DNA of 64,000 nucleotides from Patescibacteria group bacterium (GCA_041649135.1 JBAZNQ010000001.1:99037-163036), one strand, 5' to 3'; positions 47,659 to 57,881 are shown, counted from the stretch's first letter. Notes: generated by a model from the sequence alone, not told the origin. Numbers and translations: made by a program.

Positions 47659-48816
47659 ATGTCTAATCCAAAAATTGCCATCGTTCACGACTTCCTCCAA
47701 TCCTTCGGTGGTGCCGAAAGAGTTACTTTGGCGATCAGCGATCTTTATCCCGATGCGCCGATCTATTCTTTGACTTACGATATCAAGCTCAATCCTTGGT
47801 TCGGTAAAAGAAAAATCCTCACGTCCTATTTGCAAAAATGGAGCTGGGTTCCGGCTAAATTTTTAATCCCGTTTTATGCTCAAGCGATTGAGAGTTTTGA
47901 TTTTAATGATTTTGACGTAGTTATTTCTAGTTCTCATTCATTCGCGAAAAATATTCTTACCAATCCGGACACAATTCACATTTCCTATATTCATTCGCCG
48001 ATGCGTTACGTTTGGGATGCGTGGCACTCTTATTTAGCTGGTCAGCGAGTTAGTCGTTTGAATGGGATTTTAGGAGTAGGGTTAGTCCGCAATACTGTTG
48101 TCAATATTCTGCACCATTTGCGACTTTGGGATCGGCTGGGTGCATCGCGGGTAGACCAATTTGTGGCTAATTCCCACTACGTGGCGGATCGTATCCGCAA
48201 ATTTTATCGTCGGGAATCAATTGTTATTTACCCACCAGTTGATACTGATAAAATTCAAATTTCTCACGAGCATAAAAATTACTTCATCGCCATTGCTCGC
48301 TTAAGCCAGTACAAGCGACTAGATTTAGTCGTCCAAGCTTGTAATGAATTAAATCTGCCATTAATAGTTATCGGTACTGGTGAAATGGAAGCCGAATTAA
48401 AAAAACTAGCTGGGCCGACAGTCACTATTACTGGCTGGATCAGCGACGAACAAAAGATTAAATATATTGAAAGTGCTCGCGCCCTAATTTTCCCTGCCGA
48501 AGAAGATTTTGGAATTGTACCGGTGGAAATTCAAGCGGCTGGTAAACCAGTGATAGCCTTTGGCAAAGGCGGCTGTTTGGAAACTGTAATTGATGGCGAA
48601 ACCGGCATCTTTTTCCCTGAACAGACGGTAGAAAGTCTTAAATTAGCTATCCAAAAATTTATTCAAATCGAGTCGACTTTCGATCCAGCTACCATTTCCC
48701 AGCACGCTCAACAATTTTCTCGTCAACGTTTCCAAACTGAACTTAGAAAACTAGTTGAAGAAAAATTAGCAGAGCATAGTTTTCGTCATCCTCTGGCTTG
48801 CGTCAGTCCTCCGTAG
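47659..48816 (+). CDS. Glycosyltransferase family 4
   Basis: HDFL..GGAERV, YIHSPMRY, EEDFGIVPVE. Confidence 0.92.
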   Translation: MSNPKIAIVHDFLQSFGGAERVTLAISDLYPDAPIYSLTYDIKLNPWFGKRKILTSYLQKWSWVPAKFLIPFYAQAIESFDFNDFDVVISSSHSFAKNILTNPDTIHISYIHSPMRYVWDAWHSYLAGQRVSRLNGILGVGLVRNTVVNILHHLRLWDRLGASRVDQFVANSHYVADRIRKFYRRESIVIYPPVDTDKIQISHEHKNYFIAIARLSQYKRLDLVVQACNELNLPLIVIGTGEMEAELKKLAGPTVTITGWISDEQKIKYIESARALIFPAEEDFGIVPVEIQAAGKPVIAFGKGGCLETVIDGETGIFFPEQTVESLKLAIQKFIQIESTFDPATISQHAQQFSRQRFQTELRKLVEEKLAEHSFRHPLACVSPP

Positions 48817-49265
48817 CTCAACGAGCGAAGGATGGAACCAGAGGATCCAGTCCCACCCTTTGTTATTCTCGGACTTGATCCGAGAATCCAGAAAAGAACA
48901 GAAAAAATGTTTTTGTTTCTGGCTGGATTCCCCAATCAAGTTGGGAAATGACAACAGAAACTTAAGAATAACCAAAAGTCCACCGTCATTCTGGTAAGGT
49001 CGACGCAGCGACCGCATCCAGAATCGTATAAGTGACGATGTACACCATTCCTCATTTTCTCTGGCTTGTGTCAGTCATGTGTAGCTTGTCAGAGCGCAAT
49101 GGTCATCCTCGAGCTGAGTGCCGTAGGCAACTCGACGTCGGGGACCCAGACAGAAACAGCCAACAAAAACTTTTTCTTTTTTGTCTGGATTCCCGCCTAC
49201 CTGCCCGAAGTGCTACACCGTTGCAGGCGGGCGCGGGAATGACGAAGAGGAGGGCTCATAATGAC
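48784..49265. repeat. Dense cluster of GTCAT-tagged palindromes between two GT genes
   Basis: At least 6 palindromic units (GTCATCCTCTGG, TTATTCTCGG..CCGAGAATCC, GTCATTCTGG, GTCATCCTCGAG, GGATTCCCGCC..GCGGGAATGAC). Confidence 0.85.
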
Positions 49266-49277
49266 AAAATATTAACT

Positions 49278-50150
49278 ATGGAAAATCGTAAAACAATTAA
49301 AATTTTAGGTACTAAAGTCGATTGCTTAACTTTGCCACAAGCTTTGCGGCGAATTGTGGATTTGGTGCGAGGGCGAAAAAATTATTATATTGTCACCCCC
49401 AATCCAGAAATGGTGATGTACGCCGATTCTCACCCTTGGTTTAAGGAAGTTCTGAATAACGCCGATCTAGCTCTGGCTGACGGTGTCGGCCTACAATGGG
49501 CGGCTAAATATTTATCTTTTCCGCTAACTAAAATCCCAGTATTAAAGCAGGTTCAAGAATTCTTCCAATTTATCTTTACTCTGCCGTTGGTTGTTTTAGC
49601 ACCCAAATTATTGAACGTAATTCCGGAACGACTAACTGGCGCTGATATGGTGTGGGAAATTGCCAAACTTGCTTCCGAACGCGATTACCGGATTTTTCTG
49701 CTAGGAGCTGGACCGGGGGTTGCCTTAAAAGCGGCCAGAACTATGCAAGCGCTCTACCCTCAACTCAATGTGGTAGAAATTATGGTTGGGCCGCCCTATG
49801 AATCGCAAGAAGAAGTTATCCGGGCAATTCAACAAACTAAACCTCAATTTATTTTTCTAGCTTTTCCGGCCGAAGAACAAATGCGCTGGATGCGTGATGA
49901 ATTACCAAAACTACAAGATGTCATCGCGATCGGTATCGGTGGCGCGTTGGACTTTATCGCCGGAGGCACGGCTATCAATGCCGGTCAGGACAAATCTCCC
50001 GCCAAAAGAGCCCCCGAATGGATGCGAGAAAGGGGATTGGAATGGTTTTATCGTTATATTACTCAACCGTGGCGCAAAAAGCGCATCCAGACCGCTACAA
50101 TTGACTTCGTAAAAAAAGTCAGACAATATAAAGCCGAATCTTGCACCTGA
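49278..50150 (+). CDS. WecB/TagA/CpsF (GT26) glycosyltransferase
   Basis: VTPNPE, ADGVG, RLTGAD, GIGGALDF, KRAPEWM..GLEW; the longer track start lies inside repeats. Confidence 0.92.
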   Translation: MENRKTIKILGTKVDCLTLPQALRRIVDLVRGRKNYYIVTPNPEMVMYADSHPWFKEVLNNADLALADGVGLQWAAKYLSFPLTKIPVLKQVQEFFQFIFTLPLVVLAPKLLNVIPERLTGADMVWEIAKLASERDYRIFLLGAGPGVALKAARTMQALYPQLNVVEIMVGPPYESQEEVIRAIQQTKPQFIFLAFPAEEQMRWMRDELPKLQDVIAIGIGGALDFIAGGTAINAGQDKSPAKRAPEWMRERGLEWFYRYITQPWRKKRIQTATIDFVKKVRQYKAESCT

Positions 50151-50192
50151 AATTTATTCAGGCAACCAATTTTTGCTCCGGAGGTGAGCCAG

Positions 50193-50528
50193 ATGTCGAA
50201 ACTGCATAATAGGCTTGTGTTTGGTAACGCACACACGGGGAATGTGCACCCGGCTGATTTGTGCGAAACGGCCAGAGTGAACTTGTTGTATGGCCACACA
50301 ACATGGGGGCGTATTGCAGAACTCCTCCCACCTTTCGCAGAGTTGATAGACAGTCTGGCCAAGGTGGCGACCAGATATGTAGAACTTGCGAAACAGGTTA
50401 TAGCGCTAGCGGAACAAGACTCTAGCCGTTTAGTTGACTCCGACCCCGAGCTCAGAGATGCACTCAACGAGGATTTGATCAAGCTGGTGACAGCATATAA
50501 CTTTGGCGAAGCGAAACGCCACCACTGA
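50193..50528 (+). CDS. Orphan hypothetical protein
   Basis: GGAGGTG SD; helical; terminator near 50558-50590. Confidence 0.6.
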   Translation: MSKLHNRLVFGNAHTGNVHPADLCETARVNLLYGHTTWGRIAELLPPFAELIDSLAKVATRYVELAKQVIALAEQDSSRLVDSDPELRDALNEDLIKLVTAYNFGEAKRHH

Positions 50529-50644
50529 CCTTACTATGGGGTGTAGGAGCAATAACACCCCACCACTACGCAGTGGTGGGGTACTTTTTTATCCGTGTTA
50601 AAATAAAGTTGATTAAATTGAACCTAGGGTTGGAGGTGCAGCCC

Positions 50645-50881
50645 ATGCCAGTCATTCTGTGGTGCTTGGATGATTTCTCTGGTCTACGCGCCAAAGAGAT
50701 TCTGCAAGAGTGTGGCATTGAGTTTCGTCACATCATCCCAGTTGAAGGTTTTTGCCCAAGTGGCGGATGTGATGATGGCTATGAGCCCAGACTTGAACTT
50801 GATGACGGACGGATTGTCCATGGAGTATCTGCCATCAAGGGATATGCCCAGAACCACTTAGCTTCAAAGCCCCGTCAGTAA
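50645..50881 (+). CDS. Small glutaredoxin/GST-N-like protein
   Basis: GGAGGTG SD; AKEILQECGIEF...EPRLELDDGRIVHGVSAI. Confidence 0.6.
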   Translation: MPVILWCLDDFSGLRAKEILQECGIEFRHIIPVEGFCPSGGCDDGYEPRLELDDGRIVHGVSAIKGYAQNHLASKPRQ

Positions 50882-50916
50882 ACGGGGCTTTATCTTATAC
50901 GTGTTAAAATGGGTCT

Positions 50917-52233
50917 ATGAGAGAGAAAGTTAGAGTTAGATTTGCTCCAAGCCCGACTGGACCATTACATATTGGGAGTGCGCGTACCGCGCTCTTCAAT
51001 TATCTGTACGCTAAAAAATTTAACGGTGTTTTTGTCTTACGTTTTGAAGACACGGATACCGCTCGCAGTCAAAAAGTCTTTGAAGAGAACATTTTAGGGG
51101 GTTTAGCGTGGTTGGGGTTTGTGACTGATGAAACTTATCATCAAAGCGAACGCGAAAAAGTGTATCGCTCGTATTTACAAAAATTGACCGATAGGGGACT
51201 TACTTATGAACATGATGGGGGAGTCTATTTCAAATTACCAACCGACAATCGAAAGGTCATTGTTGATGACATTATTCGCGGCCAAGTGGAATTTGAAAGT
51301 AAAGATTTTGACGATCTAGTTTTATTTAAAAAGGATGGCTCACCGACCTTTCATTTTGCCAATGTTGTAGATGATATTGAAATGAAAATTACTCACGTTA
51401 TTCGTGGCGAAGATCATTTGAGCAACACTCCAAAACATATTTTGCTTTATGAGGCACTAGATGCTACACCACCCCAATTTGCCCACATCCCGCTGATCCT
51501 AAATCCAGATCGCACCAAGATGAGTAAACGTGCCGGTAACGTCAATTTGGACGACTACAAACAAGCCGGATATCTACCCGAAGCCTTAATTAACTTTCTT
51601 GTTCAACTTGGCTGGTCTGACCCCTCTTCTTCTGTCATTCCCGCGAAGGCGGGAATCTATTCCCTAGACGAACTAATCAAACTTTTTGATTTGTCTCGCG
51701 TCCAAAAAGCCGGAGCAGTTTTCGACATAAAACATCTCAATCACCTGAACCACTATTACCTGATGCAAAAACCTCTAGACGAATACACCGCACTAGCTAC
51801 TTCTCGTCTCTCGCAACTCGCAACTCGCAACTCGCGACTTCTTCGTTCCGCCCTGCGTCTGGTTCAAGACCGCGCCCAAACTCTGGGTGAAATCCCCTCT
51901 TTAATTGAATTTTTCTTCACCCAACCGGAATATGACTCTCCCCTGCTGGTTTTCAAAAAATCCAGTCCCGAACAAACTATGACAGGGTTGAAAACCGCTT
52001 TGAAGGTTTTAGAAGCCATCAGCGAGACAGAGTGGGCCCAACCAAAGTTACAACAAATCTTAGACGAGGCGACAGCAGCCGAATCACTTCAGCCGGGGGA
52101 TTTGTTCTGGCCGGTAAGAGTAGCTTTATCTGGTCGCGATGCCAGCCCCAGCCCGACTGAATTGTTAGACGCCCTTGGAAAAACCGAATCTATCGCAAGG
52201 ATCAAAACCGCTATTAATAAGTTGGGCAATTAA
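50917..52233 (+). CDS. gltX: Glutamate-tRNA ligase
   Basis: RFAPSPTG.LHIG (HIGH), IRGEDH, KMSKR. Confidence 0.97.
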   Translation: MREKVRVRFAPSPTGPLHIGSARTALFNYLYAKKFNGVFVLRFEDTDTARSQKVFEENILGGLAWLGFVTDETYHQSEREKVYRSYLQKLTDRGLTYEHDGGVYFKLPTDNRKVIVDDIIRGQVEFESKDFDDLVLFKKDGSPTFHFANVVDDIEMKITHVIRGEDHLSNTPKHILLYEALDATPPQFAHIPLILNPDRTKMSKRAGNVNLDDYKQAGYLPEALINFLVQLGWSDPSSSVIPAKAGIYSLDELIKLFDLSRVQKAGAVFDIKHLNHLNHYYLMQKPLDEYTALATSRLSQLATRNSRLLRSALRLVQDRAQTLGEIPSLIEFFFTQPEYDSPLLVFKKSSPEQTMTGLKTALKVLEAISETEWAQPKLQQILDEATAAESLQPGDLFWPVRVALSGRDASPSPTELLDALGKTESIARIKTAINKLGN

Positions 52234-52332
52234 TTCTGTCGTCATCCTCGAGTCGAAAGCGTAGCGCTTCGACATCGGGGACCCAGACAGAAACAAAATA
52301 ACTAAACATACCAACTAACTTATGGGGCGCAA

Positions 52333-53466
52333 ATGAAACGAACCAAAACAACTCACAGTATCTTCGAGATCATTGCCGATAGTTCTCTCACCGGTGCCCC
52401 TCGTCATTTACTGACGCTTCTTTCTGGTGTCAATCGTCATAAATTTGTTGTCAGCGTTATTTGCCCCCCCGGCCCTTTAGTTGCTGAAGTTAAAAAACTC
52501 AAGTTTCCTGTTTTTCAAGTTCCGATGAGCGGTAAAGCGGATATTAATGCCATCAATGCTGTGGCAAGAATTTTAAAGAAATATGATCCCGATATTGTTC
52601 ACACTCACGGTCAGCGCGCTGGATTGGTCGGCCGGATGGCCGCCAAAAACCTACCTATCAAAAAGATACACACCGAACACACCTATACCCGCGAGTTTCG
52701 TTTGAATAACCCACTTCTGCACTGGAGTCATCTTCGGGGGATGAAAGGACTTGATCGCTGGACCGATCAAATCATTGCGGTCAGCAATGCAGTAAAGAAA
52801 TTTATGTTGGACGCGGGGCTTACCAAGCCAAATAAAATTGTGATGATCTACAACGGTATCAGCCCCAATGCCGCCAGAGTGGCCGAGGCCGACATCGAAA
52901 AATTCCGCGATCAGTTTGGCCTGAAGAAAACAGACATTGTTATCGGCACGGTTGGTTCATTTAATCACGCCAAAGATACTGCCACTCTCATTCACGCATT
53001 CTCTCGGATTGCCGCCAAATGGTCGCAATCAAAGTTAATTTTAATTGGTTCCGGTCCTCTAAAGCGTGATTTAACTAATCTCGCCCAAAGATTGAAGTTG
53101 GAGGACAAAATTATCTTTGCTGGTAATGTTGAAGATATCTTTCCGGCAATGAAGACTTTTAATGTATTTGTTTTGCCTTCTTTATCGGAGGCATTTGGTA
53201 TTACTCTATTAGAAGCAATGCAAGCCGGAGCTCCAATCATTGCCACTCGAGTCGGGGGCATCCCCGAGATTATTACCAACAAACTCAATGGCATTTTAGT
53301 TGAACCGAAACAACCCAAAAAACTAGCCGCCGCAATTTTGAATTTAATCAATGATAAGCGTCTCCAACGCAAATTAGTCGGCAACTATCCCGCTACTCTG
53401 AAAAGGTTTTCCGCTGACGTAATGGTGAAACAAACCGAATCCGTCTACTCCAGCTTATTCCATTAG
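52333..53466 (+). CDS. Glycosyltransferase family 4
   Basis: IVHTH, HTEH, SEAFGITLLEAM, GGIPE. Confidence 0.92.
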   Translation: MKRTKTTHSIFEIIADSSLTGAPRHLLTLLSGVNRHKFVVSVICPPGPLVAEVKKLKFPVFQVPMSGKADINAINAVARILKKYDPDIVHTHGQRAGLVGRMAAKNLPIKKIHTEHTYTREFRLNNPLLHWSHLRGMKGLDRWTDQIIAVSNAVKKFMLDAGLTKPNKIVMIYNGISPNAARVAEADIEKFRDQFGLKKTDIVIGTVGSFNHAKDTATLIHAFSRIAAKWSQSKLILIGSGPLKRDLTNLAQRLKLEDKIIFAGNVEDIFPAMKTFNVFVLPSLSEAFGITLLEAMQAGAPIIATRVGGIPEIITNKLNGILVEPKQPKKLAAAILNLINDKRLQRKLVGNYPATLKRFSADVMVKQTESVYSSLFH

Positions 53467-53630
53467 TTTCGTCATCCTCGAGCCGAGTGCCGTAGGCAAC
53501 TCGACATCGGGGATCCAGAAAAAACAAAACATTTGGTTTCCCGACGAACAGAGGGACCACCCATTTCCCTTTCTCGTCATTCTGGCTTGTCCAGAATCTT
53601 ATAAAGCGATACACTACCATCCGTTGTTAT

Positions 53631-53704
53631 TGGGGTGTAGCCAAGTGGTAAGGCAACGGGTTCTGGTCCCGTGATCCCTGGTCCGAATCCAGGCACCCCA
53701 GCCA
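53631..53704 (+). tRNA. tRNA-Gln(CTG)
   Basis: TGGGGTG/CACCCCA-G-CCA, anticodon arm ACGGG-TTCTGGT-CCCGT; T-loop reads TCCGAAT. Confidence 0.93.
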
Positions 53705-53893
53705 AGTAGAATATTACTCAATTATCTCCTTAGAAATTTATAAACCCATTAAGACCCGAGTGGGTTATTTAGTTTTACTCCTTACAACCAACCGAAACCG
53801 TGTTGTCTCACCAGTATAAAAAAATGCCCCACCGAGTGTGATACTCGGCGGGGCTTGGGGCAATTCCTGTGGAATTGCTAGTAAGCATGGAGC

Positions 53894-55375
53894 CTACGGG
53901 AGAGGTACGTCAGGATAACGGAAGAACTGCTCGCCTGAGATGACCATGCCGGCCAATACTTCGCTGGTGACTTCCCAGTTCCATCCACCAGTCGTGCTGG
54001 TAACATTACCACGGAACTGGCTACGAACTGCTCCGGCGTCGCCGTTGCCGTCCAAGTCGATGTCAGTATCGAACAAGATGTCCTTACCGACTCGGCTGTT
54101 GAACCACTCAAGCTGTCCGTCCATGGGGCCGAACAGGGTAGGATCGCTTCCCGAGAAGTCATTCTGATCTGCGAATCCAAGACCAGTCAAACCATAGGCG
54201 CCGTACTGCGAATCGTCATAGAGGCGACCGCCCTCTTCATAACCAAAGTATCCATAGCTACGGTGACGGAAGGAATTATCCTTCATCTCGTCCAGGGCTT
54301 CGGCGTAGAGATTGTCGGCTTCGGTGGTGAGGGTGGCGTAGTTCTGCACTTCTGAGAGACCAGCAGGCAGGAAGCACCAACCCAAATCGGTGTAATCCCA
54401 GGTTCCCAGAGGGATGCCTTCCCATTCTGAGCGACGAGCCACCAGCTCCTGGATCATGCCATCGTCTTCGTCGGTGACAGCATCAAACAGGGCAGTTAGG
54501 CCGACATCGGTACCGGAATCGTAGTCAGCGAATTCGTTGAAGCCAGTGAGTGCCGCCGCCCAGATATAGGCCGTGGAATCCCACAAGGCCAAACTGTTGC
54601 GAGCGTCCACCATGCGGGTGGCATACTCAGCACCAGTGAATTCGTCGGCGATCTCTGCGAACCAGGTCTCCGCCATGTACTGGTAGTTCGAGTTGTTGAA
54701 CACGTTTGCAGACCGGCTTAACAGGATAACATCCCAAGCGTAGGGACGATCAGCACTGGTGCTGGCGTCCGTGTCGCTGGCTGCCATAGAAGTGGCGTAG
54801 GCGTCGCCCAAGAAGCCGGTGGGGCTCAAGAACTCTGCCAGATCGTCCAAAACGTCAGCGTTGATAGGCGTCTTCGTGGAGTCGCTCGGGTCGTAGAGAT
54901 CGTAGAGCTCTACGTACTGAAGTAGCCCCATCCAGATAACAGACTGAACATTGCGCTGTGCAGTCGTGCCACCAGATTCCCATGTGAACACGTGGGGCCA
55001 ACCACCAAAGACGTTCGTACTCTCCTGCAGATATAGCAGGTAAGCGATGCCGTTGGCTGTGGCTTCGATGGCCTCGCGGTCTTCATTCGTCAGGGCCGAC
55101 AGATCCTTGTTGCCACTAGTGAAGTCGTTGAGGTCGATGAGCATCTGGATCTCAGCAATCTGGCCGTCGCCCATCTCGCCGGTCCCATCACGGGTAGGCG
55201 ACGGGTAGTAGTTCGTCACCGTGACAAATCGTGCGTCACCGGTATCAGGCGTGATGTCCGGGATGTCGATGTTCACGTCGGGTGACATCGGATCCGAGGT
55301 TACGCTGTTGCTGCCGCCACAGGAAACTACGAATGCCATCAAGATGGCAATGATAATAAACAAACTATAACGCAT
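53894..55375 (-). CDS. Acidic lipoprotein with alpha/alpha-toroid (prenyltransferase-repeat-like) character
   Basis: AGGAGG SD; lipobox FVVSC; GIAYLLYLQ...GGW, EVTSEVLAG; GC-rich codons. Confidence 0.7.
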   Translation of the reverse strand: MRYSLFIIIAILMAFVVSCGGSNSVTSDPMSPDVNIDIPDITPDTGDARFVTVTNYYPSPTRDGTGEMGDGQIAEIQMLIDLNDFTSGNKDLSALTNEDREAIEATANGIAYLLYLQESTNVFGGWPHVFTWESGGTTAQRNVQSVIWMGLLQYVELYDLYDPSDSTKTPINADVLDDLAEFLSPTGFLGDAYATSMAASDTDASTSADRPYAWDVILLSRSANVFNNSNYQYMAETWFAEIADEFTGAEYATRMVDARNSLALWDSTAYIWAAALTGFNEFADYDSGTDVGLTALFDAVTDEDDGMIQELVARRSEWEGIPLGTWDYTDLGWCFLPAGLSEVQNYATLTTEADNLYAEALDEMKDNSFRHRSYGYFGYEEGGRLYDDSQYGAYGLTGLGFADQNDFSGSDPTLFGPMDGQLEWFNSRVGKDILFDTDIDLDGNGDAGAVRSQFRGNVTSTTGGWNWEVTSEVLAGMVISGEQFFRYPDVPLP

Positions 55376-55407
55376 GGTATCCTCCTAAGGATACGAACAA
55401 TGTAGTG

Positions 55408-55917
55408 TTATCGCGTCGAGACACGATAGTATAGTTTGAATGGGAAGGCATTACCTTCCACGTCCAACGCTTGCCATTCGATTTTAAGAACCGACGGCAA
55501 ACTGGTTGCGCTGTCGACCTTCAACTTCCAGAAATTGATATCTGGATGAGAGTAGGTCTGATCCTGCCAAACACTTACCAGCGTGGCTGAAGTGTTGATA
55601 ACCAAACCGCCCGAAGACAATTGTTCTGCATGGTGAATGTAGGCCAAAGGAGTTCCTTCAGCTTTTGGAACAGGTAAAACATAGGTCGTACCTGTCACAA
55701 CCACTGATCCTCCGTCAACCCATGTTTCTGTCGCCCAGAGACTAGTTTCAGCGGGGATAACCCGTGACGAGCCATCGTAACCGAAATAAAGTTCCCTGGC
55801 CACCATGTTGATAGGGTCCGGTGGGTCAGGATTGTTGACAACTGAGTTACTATCACAGCCACTGGCTACTAGCAATATTGTCATTGCTAAAGCCAAAACG
55901 GCTTGTCCAAGTCGCAA
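55408..55917 (-). CDS. Hypothetical lipoprotein
   Basis: AGGAGG SD before TTG; lipobox VASGC. Confidence 0.7.
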   Translation of the reverse strand: MRLGQAVLALAMTILLVASGCDSNSVVNNPDPPDPINMVARELYFGYDGSSRVIPAETSLWATETWVDGGSVVVTGTTYVLPVPKAEGTPLAYIHHAEQLSSGGLVINTSATLVSVWQDQTYSHPDINFWKLKVDSATSLPSVLKIEWQALDVEGNAFPFKLYYRVSTR

Positions 55918-56347
55918 TATATATCCTCCTAGATTGTCAATTTACGATACAGAGAACGCCATATCTTAATGGCGGATTAGGTATATACAATGCCTACCCA
56001 ACCAAAGCATTGTATAGCAGAGAATCTTTTTGTCAATAGTTTATTGGGATTTCGGTATTTCAAGACTATTTTTCCAATAGTTCGATATGCAAGCGTAGAT
56101 AGAGTCACAAAACTCTCTCAAAATCCATCGTGACTTCTTGCCACTGTCTCATTTGTCTCATTTTCTCCTATAATGACCTATAATTATTCGTAGTGGCGCA
56201 AACAGCTAAAAACCACCCCAATTTTACTCCTTGGGAACCACCGAGACTAAGCTGTTCAGCCAGCAAGGGCACGAGTCAAGCGACCCGTGTGCCCAGTTGA
56301 GTCGTAATTACTCGGCCTAGTAGGGTATGTTAAAATGGGAATAGCTA

Positions 56348-57067
56348 ATGAACTATGTAGCTGTAGTAGAACCAATAGCGCCAAGTGTCGCCAAAATATT
56401 CACTCTCAACAAGGGCGTGGTTTCTGGAACTGGCTCTGGCTTCTTGTTCTCAAAAGCTGGCATCATGGTTACTTGCGATCATGTGGTAGGTGGTAGCGAA
56501 ACTTTAGTCTGTCGGTTTTCGGATGAAGATAAATTCTACACCGCCAAGCTAGTTGTTCGCGACCAAGAACATGATTTGGCTCTCTTGAAGGTAGAAGATG
56601 CAGAAGCTCGTCCAGTTCTCGCTGAAGGAGAACAAGATGAAATAAAGGCCGGTATGTCAGTTCTTTTCTCTGGTTATCCCCTCAACCTCGAAACACTAAC
56701 TACTCATCAGGGAATTCTCTCGTCAATTACTACGGATGCGGTTGGCATAACCACTTATTTAATAGATGGCACAGTTAATTCCGGTAATAGTGGGTGCCCT
56801 TTAATGGATAACAAGGGAAGAGTGATAGGTGTTGTGAACGCTAAGCGTCAAGAGCGCGCTGATCTTCTTAATAAAGTAGAAAGGATGGCCCTTGGCGCCG
56901 TTGCGATTCATGGGGTAGACTTAGTAGAAATCTATCAAGCTCTCATATCAAATGTACAGCTTGGCATTGGATATGCCGTTCCCGCCTCGTATATTCCCGA
57001 ACATAAAGAGTTAGCTGAAGGGCAGCTCCCTATCATAACTCCCCAGTCAACTGATAAAGATAAGTAG
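56348..57067 (+). CDS. Trypsin-like (S1) serine protease, no signal peptide or PDZ
   Basis: GSGF, TCDHVV (His), HDLALL (Asp), GNSGCP (Ser). Confidence 0.92.
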   Translation: MNYVAVVEPIAPSVAKIFTLNKGVVSGTGSGFLFSKAGIMVTCDHVVGGSETLVCRFSDEDKFYTAKLVVRDQEHDLALLKVEDAEARPVLAEGEQDEIKAGMSVLFSGYPLNLETLTTHQGILSSITTDAVGITTYLIDGTVNSGNSGCPLMDNKGRVIGVVNAKRQERADLLNKVERMALGAVAIHGVDLVEIYQALISNVQLGIGYAVPASYIPEHKELAEGQLPIITPQSTDKDK

Positions 57068-57079
57068 ATTAAGACAACC

Positions 57080-57370
57080 ATGAACCCAATTTTTAAATCC
57101 AACGGTATATACATAGGCTTTATTATTAGCAATCTTCTCTATTCTAGAGACGGAGAGTACTTGGGTTGGGTTGAAGATAATTTTGTGTGGGATTCTCGAG
57201 GACGGTTCAGGGGTAGAATTTGGAATGATAAATACGTCATCTCTAACAAATTTGCGGTTGCGCCAATACCTCGTGTACCTCGCCCTATCCCGCCAGTACC
57301 TACATTACCGACTCCACCAGCCAATATCACACCCGTACTACTGCCGACTGGTTGGGACGATGCTTTTTAA
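57080..57370 (+). CDS. Small protein with repeated D/N-x-x-G-x-Y-x-G units (4-fold beta-flower-like) and Pro-rich tail
   Basis: SNGIYIGFI, RDGEYLGWV, SRGRFRGRI; PIPRVPRPIPPVP. Confidence 0.7.
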   Translation: MNPIFKSNGIYIGFIISNLLYSRDGEYLGWVEDNFVWDSRGRFRGRIWNDKYVISNKFAVAPIPRVPRPIPPVPTLPTPPANITPVLLPTGWDDAF

Positions 57371-57462
57371 AGATTTTTTTGATTCTCCAGTAAAATAGTC
57401 AGCTTAATAAAAAGGACATCCACCTAAGATGTCCTTTTAAAGTTGCAAATACTGATTTCAAA

Positions 57463-57765
57463 TCAGTATCCCTTACGAGCTTCTGGAGCGATATGCCAGA
57501 GTAGCCGTAGGCAAGAATAAGTGATCAGCCATGCCCACCACAAAAACCCAACCGGCTCAATTTTGAAAAGACCACAAACCAATGCTCCAATAACCCACGC
57601 CGGTATTATGCTGAACAGACTGATAAACATCTCGCCAATTGCCAACAGTATCGCTCCTAGTCCAGCACCGCGACTTAAGTCTGCGATTAGACCTAGTCCG
57701 GTCACTATACTGAAAATCCACCAGAAGATATCTCCTGGGTTTCCAAAGAGCCAGGTATTATCCAT
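57463..57765 (-). CDS. Orphan 100-aa membrane protein
   Basis: AAGGGG SD; TTGACG..CATACT promoter; hydrophobic. Confidence 0.6.
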   Translation of the reverse strand: MDNTWLFGNPGDIFWWIFSIVTGLGLIADLSRGAGLGAILLAIGEMFISLFSIIPAWVIGALVCGLFKIEPVGFLWWAWLITYSCLRLLWHIAPEARKGY

Positions 57766-57881
57766 CGGCGCGCCCCTTTTGTTAAAGTCAGCCCAGTATG
57801 GCTCGTTAAATTGTCCTCCGTCAAGCAAAGGTTTAATTTTTCATTTCAGTTGGGAAATAGCCTACCAACCTCCTTTTTCCC

